From: Octopus sinensis
Lineage: Eukaryota
Assembly (NCBI RefSeq): GCF_006345805.1
Contig: NW_021825815.1
Coordinates: 1-14,573, forward strand
Direction of reading: 5' to 3'
Length of the DNA stretch: 14,573 nt
Positions 8,799-14,573 of the stretch are shown here, piece by piece (position 1 is the first letter of the stretch; each line of letters begins with the position of its first letter). The translations under genes and the position numbers were made by a program. The notes beneath the pieces are model-generated. The model was not told the origin of the DNA. It ran no database searches and was given only the letters and a program-made list of their open reading frames with translations.

Positions 8799-9254
8799 GG
8801 CGACGGAGCTGGCAGAATCGTTAGCACGCCGGACGAAATGCCATGGCATTTCGTCCGTCTTTATGCTCTGAGTTCAAATTCCGCCGAGGTTGACTTTGCC
8901 TTTCATCCTTTCAGGGTCGATAAATTAAGTACCAATTTCTTTACTATCCACAAGGGGCTAAACACAGAGGGGACAAACAACGACAGACAAACGGATTAAG
9001 TCGATTACATCGCCCCCAGTGCGTAACTGGTACTTATTAAATTGACCCCGAAAGGATGAAAGGCAAAGTCGACCTCGGCGGAATTTGAACTCATAACGTA
9101 ACGGCAGACGAAATACTCCTAAGCATTTCGCCCGGCGTGCTAACGTTTCTGCAATCTCACCGATAAATTAAGTACCAGTTGCGTAGTGGGGTTGATCTAA
9201 TCGACTGGCCCCTCCCTCAAAATTTCGGGCCTTGTGCCTAGAGTAGAAAAGATT
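8799..9254 (+). mobile_element. tRNA-derived SINE (family A head, tail B), split by a nested SINE; halves 8799-8934 and 9178-9254
   Basis: Head GGCGACGGAGCTGGCAGAATCG with B-box GAGTTCAAATTCC. It resumes after the insert with GTTGCGTAGTGGGG...GGCCTTGTGCCTAGAGTAGAAAAG. Flanked by (CA)n on both sides (8744-8792, 9258-9298). Confidence 0.9.
8935..9160 (-). mobile_element. Nested antisense SINE (family A, tail A) with 16-17 bp TSD
   Basis: (C)GATAAATTAAGTACCA occurs at 8918-8934 and 9161-9177. The insert is collinear with 1718-1946. Confidence 0.93.
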
Positions 9255-9255
9255 A

Positions 9256-9298
<43 letters not shown>

Positions 9299-9299
<1 letters not shown>

Positions 9300-9505
9300 C
9301 TTTTGTTTTACTTGTTGCAGCTAGTGGACTGCGGCTATGCTAGATCACTGTCTGATGGGTTTAGTAATCGATCAAATCGACCTCAGGACTTACTTTTTTA
9401 AAGTCTAGTACTTATTGTATCGATCTCCTTCTCTCGAACTGCTACATCATAGGAACGTAAACAGACCGACACCGATTCTCACTCAGTGGGAGAGAACAAA
9501 CAAAA
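9299..9505 (-). mobile_element. 3' half of a second SINE family (family B), diverged
   Basis: The reverse complement aligns with 13255-13381 (GTTTACGT..C, CGATA.AATAA.TAC, AAAG.ATAAGT.CTG motifs) and continues to an A-rich tail (...CAAGTAAAACAAAAG). Confidence 0.7.
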
Positions 9506-9630
9506 CCACATATACACGCACACACACACATCCACACGCATACACACACACACATACTCATGCGTCGCATTCTATTTACCCTGTTTGTTTACGAAACCTA
9601 CATATAGGTGTATGTGTTTTTGTGTGTGTT

Positions 9631-9661
<31 letters not shown>

Positions 9662-9681
9662 ATTATTAATATATATATATA

Positions 9682-10263
9682 CGAGTAAAACGCCCTCCGT
9701 CCATTAGACGGTGCTGAGTTGTCAAACATTAACAAGAAAATAATATTATTTTCTTCCTTGAATAAAAAGCAATCAGTGTTTTCTTTTCATTAAAAAATAA
9801 TTAAGCATACCTTTATCTAAATGAAATTTTTGGTTTTGTTAAACGAAGTTAAGGCAAAAAAAAAATCTGCTTGAGAAACCAAATAGTCTTTCCTTCCTTC
9901 ATGCCAAATTTGAAGAAAATATCTCTTTTGCATCTTACTTTTTGGTCTCTTAAATATAATGCATTTTGTGATATTATTTCAAGCCAGCCGGCTTTTTTTT
10001 TTGCGCAAACTGCGCGTGCATTTTTTCGCGTACGTGTAGTATCGATCGCAACAGTTGATGTGCTTGTGCGTACAAATGCACGTTCCCACGGTTTTATCGG
10101 TCGCATTCTCACCTGGAATCGATTTTTGTAATTCTTTCAAGACTTATACACGCCCTGATACCGTCGGTATCTACATATCAAATTTGAGCGCAATCGGATG
10201 GAGGATGCCCGAGATCATAGAAGACACACAGACATACAGACAGAACGGATTTTACATAACAGA
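9682..10263 (-). mobile_element. Non-autonomous Helitron-like unit A (582 bp)
   Basis: Minus strand starts TC(TGTTATGTAAAATCCG) and has a short (CTGT)n. Subterminal hairpin CCGTC-taatg-GACGG (9697-9711) lies 15 nt from the 3' end CTCG, followed by T. Confidence 0.78.
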
Positions 10264-10642
10264 CGAGCAAAACGCCCTCCCCCGTCCAATGGACGGTGCT
10301 GAGTTGTCAAACATTTAAACCAAATTTTCTCAAAACAACTTGTCCAGCCGTCCCATAGGCCTCCCCTTTGAGAAACACTGATTTAACCTAAATTTGAGAC
10401 ACCAGCAAACGAAGAAATATAGACTTTTTTCTATTCCAAGAAAAACGATTTTACAAATGCACGTTCCCACGGCTTTATCGATCGCATTCTCACCTGAAAT
10501 CTATTTTTATAATTTTTTCAAGACTTATATACGCCCTGATACCGTTGGTATCTACATATCAAATTTGAGCGCAATCGGATGGAGGATGCCCGAGATCCTA
10601 GAAGACACACACAGACAGACAGAACGGATTTTATATAATAGA
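10264..10642 (-). mobile_element. Non-autonomous Helitron-like unit B (379 bp), head-to-tail with unit A
   Basis: Minus strand A|TC(TATTATATAAAATCCG); hairpin CCGTCCA-t-TGGACGG (10282-10296); 3' end CTCG joined directly to the TC of unit A. 10452-10643 matches 10071-10264 (about 12 substitutions plus a small indel) and 10263-10315 matches 9681-9730. Confidence 0.8.
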
Positions 10643-10823
10643 TATGGTTGTGTCTCTATATATGTCCTTGTGTGTGTGTGTGTGTGTACTTTTCTGTCCG
10701 TATTACCTATGTACCTATCTATCTGTTTATCTATCTGTTTGCATATGGAGACGCACGTACATAGTCACACAAACCCATATGTATATATATATATATAACC
10801 TGCAAATTAAATAGTTACGACAT

Positions 10824-12577
10824 ATGGAGTTATTTGATATAAACGCATCCCTTCAGGATATACCCAATCCCCCAAGGAAGGTTTTCCTTAAGCAAATCAT
10901 TAGTAAGACAAACTCCTTTATTAACCGTATTAGATGGCTTGTCTTTTTCTTCGACAATAAAGCTATTAAACAGCCCTCTAACGATCCAACTTCTGAATTC
11001 AAGAAATTGTTTAAACCTAAAAACAATCCTCTTCCTAACCCAAGATTAAAACAGTTTGAAGACGATCTCTGGTTTGTTGTGAGGAATGTGAAATTCCACC
11101 GTTCTCCCTTAAGGTATTTTCACAATATTACGAAATAAATTCATATCATAGATGGGATACTGGTTCAATTAGATAAAACAGGAAACCTGTACAGGCTTAC
11201 CAAGGACTATTCGTAGAGTTGCTTAGGAAAGAAATACAAAAGAATTATAGGATTACCGGTAAAAGTGCAATCAGGAAAGCCAATCTTGAGGCTAAGAAAA
11301 TTATGGAGAAATATGACATACAGATGAAGGCAGAACCCCTTGATCCTAAACAACCTCGTTTTATTTTAAAGATCACAAACAACATTTTTTTAATAACCCA
11401 ACCTTGCGACTTATTGTTCCTTCTAGCTCTGACATCGGTGTTCTTAGCAAAAATATTCTAGATAAATATGTGCCTACCTTAGTTAAAAAATTAGCGCTTA
11501 ATTTGTGATCTAATTCGTTCCAAGTGGTCGACTGGTTTAATTCTAACAAGAAGTGCTCTAAGTTTTATCCAGTTTGGCATTTCTAGTTTCTATTCCTCTA
11601 TCAACCCAATCGTATTCAGCAAGGCACTCTGGCTCGCTCACAACAAAGCAGATTTCACCAGGGATGAAATTAATGTTGTGTTAGCCGCCAGAAAATCTAT
11701 TATTAAATTCGATAACAAGCTGTGGGTCCAGAAAGATACACCCGACAGTTTTGATGTCACGATGGGAAGTTCTGATTCAACGCAAATTGCTGATTTGGTC
11801 GGTATATATACCCTTTATGAGATGGATGACCAATTCCCAAACATTAATAGAGGTATATATAGTGATGATTGTTTACTCTACCTTCAAAATGCGTCTAATC
11901 AAAAATTACAAAGGGTTAAGAATAGCTTAGATAAATTTTTCCGAAATAGGGACTTAAGCATTGTTTTTAACGATGTTATAACTAAAGTCAACTTTTTGGA
12001 TATTTCCCTTAACTTATATAATGATTCATATTTCCCATAGCATAAACCCTCAACTAATTTAAAATATATTAACTCCTTCAGTAATCACTCAAAGGCTATT
12101 ACAAAGAATTTAGTTAGGAATATTTCACTTAGACTTTCTAGATTATCTGCTGATGTTGATATCTTCAACGGTAAAGCTGAATTTTATAACTCTGCCTCAC
12201 TTAAAGCAGGCTATAAAGAAAACATTACCTATATTAACCATATTGACATTATTTCTACCTCTATTAATCAGGATATGAAATCAAGTCATAACGATATTAA
12301 CAATATTAATATTATATCGAATAACACTAAATCTAGTAATGTAATTCTGCAGCGTAAGGGAGATAACCGTTATTTAAGACCCTTTTTTCGTTATAAAGGT
12401 ACATCGAGGACTTTTAAAGATAATTACCCTAATAACAAGGTATGTCCTAGCAAAACTGTTTGCTTAATAATTCCATATGATAAGCAGATCAAATCCAATC
12501 TCCCTTACCAGTTTCGTGAAGCTATAGAAAAGAATTTCCCAAGAAATTCAAGATACTATTCGAAAAAAACTTGCTAG
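10824..12577 (+). pseudogene. PLE reverse transcriptase pseudogene; no GIY-YIG endonuclease detected
   Basis: Recognisable PLE blocks: SLQDIPNPP..INRIRWLVFFF; LKQFEDDL; LDKTGNLY; [29 protein letters not shown]; FIQFGISSFYSSI (motif A, Asp replaced by Gly at 11576); FDVTMGSSDSTQIADLVG (motif B'); GIYSDDCL (YxDD, 11858-11869); VNFLDISLNL; YINSFSNH; KAGYKE. Lesions: stops at 11136, 11506 and 12038; frameshifts near 11215, 11369 and 11565. Confidence 0.92.
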
Positions 12578-12647
12578 CGTTCCCTTCATCCTATACGCAG
12601 TCATCACATTCTGTTAAAACGTCATATTGATGTGACTGGTTTCTTTC

Positions 12648-12733
12648 CTTCCCTGATGAGAAGATTGCATTGTTTTACACCATTTTATTCCTTCTGGAAT
12701 AATACCAATATTTTCTTCGAAACATGTCGGAAG
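12648..12733 (+). ncRNA. Type I hammerhead ribozyme with intact core, minimal palindromic stem III and extended stem II
   Basis: CUUCC (12648-52)-CUGAUGA (12653-59)-GAAGA (12660-64)...UCUUC (12714-18)-GAAA (12719-22)-CAUG-UC (predicted cut after 12728)-GGAAG (12729-33). Stems I and II are perfect 5-bp helices. An internal hairpin UUAUUCC-uucu-GGAAUAA lies at 12685-12702. Confidence 0.9.
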
Positions 12734-12904
12734 TAAAAAGATTTGAATAACACCTGCGTTTAACTCCATTTATCTATATTATACAAAAGCATTTCACCTA
12801 AACCTGAACTTTCTACCTTTATCAGTAGGTTGTTACATCCTTGGTAATTTTTGCTACATTGGTAACTATTTATTTTTCCGTGTTATTTGTAAACATTGGA
12901 AAAA

Positions 12905-12978
12905 ATACACATACATTTATATGCATATACATATATATACTTACACACACACACACCCACACACACACACGCACACAC

Positions 12979-13030
<52 letters not shown>

Positions 13031-13036
13031 CACACA
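12905..13036. repeat. (CA)/(TA) compound microsatellite
   Basis: Direct inspection. Confidence 0.93.
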
Positions 13037-13038
13037 TT

Positions 13039-13150
13039 CGTAGGAGTGTAATTTATTATTATTGAGCAAGTGTTCTTCTACTATAGCCTCAGGCCGACCC
13101 AAAACTTATGAGTGGATTTGGTAGACGGAAACTGAAAGAAGACCGTTTTA

Positions 13151-13235
<85 letters not shown>

Positions 13236-13381
13236 GTATATATGTGAATTTGTGTCTGCGTTTGCCCCTCCACCATCGCTTGACAACAGATGTTTGTGTG
13301 TTTACGTCCCCGTCACTTAGCGGTACGGCCAAAAGACCGATAGAATAAATACAGGGCTTCTTACAAAGAATAAGTGCTGGC
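13039..13381 (+). mobile_element. SINE family B copy with mostly deleted head and an internal (TA)n expansion (13149-13234)
   Basis: CGTAGGAGTG head remnant; TTGAGCAAGTG..CTTCTACTATAGCC; GAGTGGATTTGGTAGACGGAAACTGAAAGAAG. The 3' part is related to 9299-9505 (inverted). Family assignment partly from recall of octopus SINEs. Confidence 0.75.
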
Positions 13382-13471
13382 TCTTTACAAAGGTTTGAGT
13401 CCAGTATTTTTGTTACTGTGTTGTGGACTTGTTATTGTGGTAGTTATTGTTGTTCTAATGATGTTGATTTA

Positions 13472-13501
<30 letters not shown>

Positions 13502-13504
<3 letters not shown>

Positions 13505-13688
13505 TTCATTAATCCTGGTTTAGTCGTCCTGATGAAGATCTGTGAGCAAAAGTATTGCATCCAGCCATGGCCACCACATCTTAGTGTTTCTAAGTCTGTC
13601 TCATCTAAAGTATCCTTCTTATTTAAAAGATAGCTGGACGCGACTTGAGAGAGACTGAACTGTTATTTCTAACAGGTCGAGCAACCCC
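13502..13688 (+). repeat. Diverged copy of the dispersed repeat seen at 3556-4061, preceded by (GAT)n 13472-13504
   Basis: ATCCAGCCATGGCCACCA (13559) resembles ATTCCAGCCGTGGCTGCCA (3966). Confidence 0.45.
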
Positions 13689-13924
13689 TTAGCTCACACA
13701 CGAGATGGAGTGTAAAGGGAACGGTGGGGGTGGATGGCGTGTTGAGTGTGTGGTGGATGTGGGAAGGAGGTGTGTTTGTAGGGGTGGTGGGAGGGAGGTG
13801 ATGTTGAGATGGCGGGGGGTGTTGGCAGAGTGGCGGTTAGTGTGTTGGTAGGGGTGGTGTTGGCAGTTTATTTATGCCTAGAATCAGTCTTTGGAGTGAT
13901 AGGTTTGTGCGATGTTCCAGTTCT

Positions 13925-14203
13925 TGTGGTTGTTGTTGTTGTTGTGGTCGTTGTATTGGTATTTAGGAAACAATACTGATTATGACAGCAGTTTAAGTGA
14001 TAATGTTGGTGTTGTGGTTGTTGTTGTTGAGGGTGGTGGTGGTAGTTGATAATGATAGGAGCGATAAAGAGGGACGTAGTTGTGCTATGATCATGATGAT
14101 GATGACGACGACGACGATGAAAACGACTGTGACGACATTGATGATGACGATGATGATGATGACGATGACGATGATGATGATGATGATGATGATGACGATG
14201 ATG

Positions 14204-14294
<91 letters not shown>

Positions 14295-14297
14295 TGG

Positions 14298-14332
<35 letters not shown>

Positions 14333-14530
14333 GTGGTGGTAGTGATGACAATCATGGAGATGATGATGTGGATGTTAATGATAGCGTTGTGGGGATGCTG
14401 CTGCTGCTGATGATGATGCTGCTGATGCTGATGGTGATGGTGATGATGAAGATGATAGTGGAGAGGTTATGATGATGATGATGATGATGATGATCATGAT
14501 CATGAGGATGATGATCATGATGATGACGAT
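13925..14530. repeat. Long compound triplet array (GTT)/(GGT)/(GAT)/(GAC)
   Basis: Direct inspection; source of the poly-D/M/S/I/H ORFs. Confidence 0.95.
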
Positions 14531-14573
14531 GCCAGAAAAACAAGGGCAGTGATGGAAGTGAAATAATTGCGTT

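Larger units (their letters stand above)
10799..12900 (+). mobile_element. Penelope-like retroelement, no 5' pseudo-LTR seen, 3' pseudo-LTR with HHR; boundaries approximate
   Basis: RT pseudogene followed by a hammerhead. Flanked by (TA)n on the 5' side and CA/TA microsatellites on the 3' side, consistent with known PLE microsatellite preference. Confidence 0.88.

Noticed and set aside
1816-9707. Most ORFs of 60-160 aa in the track (YI, II, LL, TT, HT, LS repeats)
   Set aside because: Products of microsatellites or SINE sequence.
10055-10798. Apparent duplicated small protein (MHVPT..TRPDTVGIYISNLSAIGWRMPE)
   Set aside because: Translation of the shared module of the two Helitron units, on the strand opposite to their TC...CTCG polarity.
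11506-11508. In-frame TGA as selenocysteine, as reported for some Naiad PLEs
   Set aside because: It falls at a position I recall as conserved Trp (one change from TGG), and the ORF also has TAA/TAG stops and frameshifts.
13529-13535. CTGATGA core
   Set aside because: No stem II partner or GAAA downstream; lies inside a diverged dispersed repeat.
673-13671. Exact 14-mer AACTGTTATTTCTA shared by the MITE end (673-686) and the repeat at 13658-13671
   Set aside because: An AT-rich 14-mer match is within chance expectation for a window this size, and the flanks do not align.
13993-14543. Poly-Asp/Met/Ile/Ser/His ORFs
   Set aside because: Stop-free translations of (GAT)n/(GGT)n arrays in several frames, with no non-repetitive coding context.
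1-14573. CRISPR array, rRNA or prokaryotic operon
   Set aside because: No regularly spaced repeat-spacer array or rRNA-like sequence; all recognisable elements are eukaryotic.

Overview
Eukaryotic, AT-rich, microsatellite-saturated non-coding DNA. The repeat families look like those of Octopus/coleoid cephalopods (inferred from recalled repeat families, not verified). No host protein-coding gene can be confidently identified. Almost all ORFs in the track are simple-repeat artefacts or pieces of transposon pseudogenes. Elements supported by the sequence: (1) a decayed Penelope-like retroelement (PLE) RT at 10824-12577 with no recognisable GIY-YIG endonuclease, ending in an intact minimal type I hammerhead ribozyme (HHR, 12648-12733); (2) a ~490-bp palindrome of two head-to-head short elements, each carrying a minimal HHR, with a tRNA B-box-like remnant at the centre (2577-3062); (3) two further HHR-like remnants (14-71; 517-558, inside a MITE); (4) an internally deleted Tc1/mariner (maT/DD37D-like) transposon (794-1677); (5) a head-to-tail dimer of non-autonomous Helitrons (9682-10642); (6) several tRNA-derived SINEs, including one nested antisense in another with a 16-17 bp target-site duplication. 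The most interesting signal is a set of minimal HHRs from three or four different element families in 14.5 kb, each with a different palindromic stem III.
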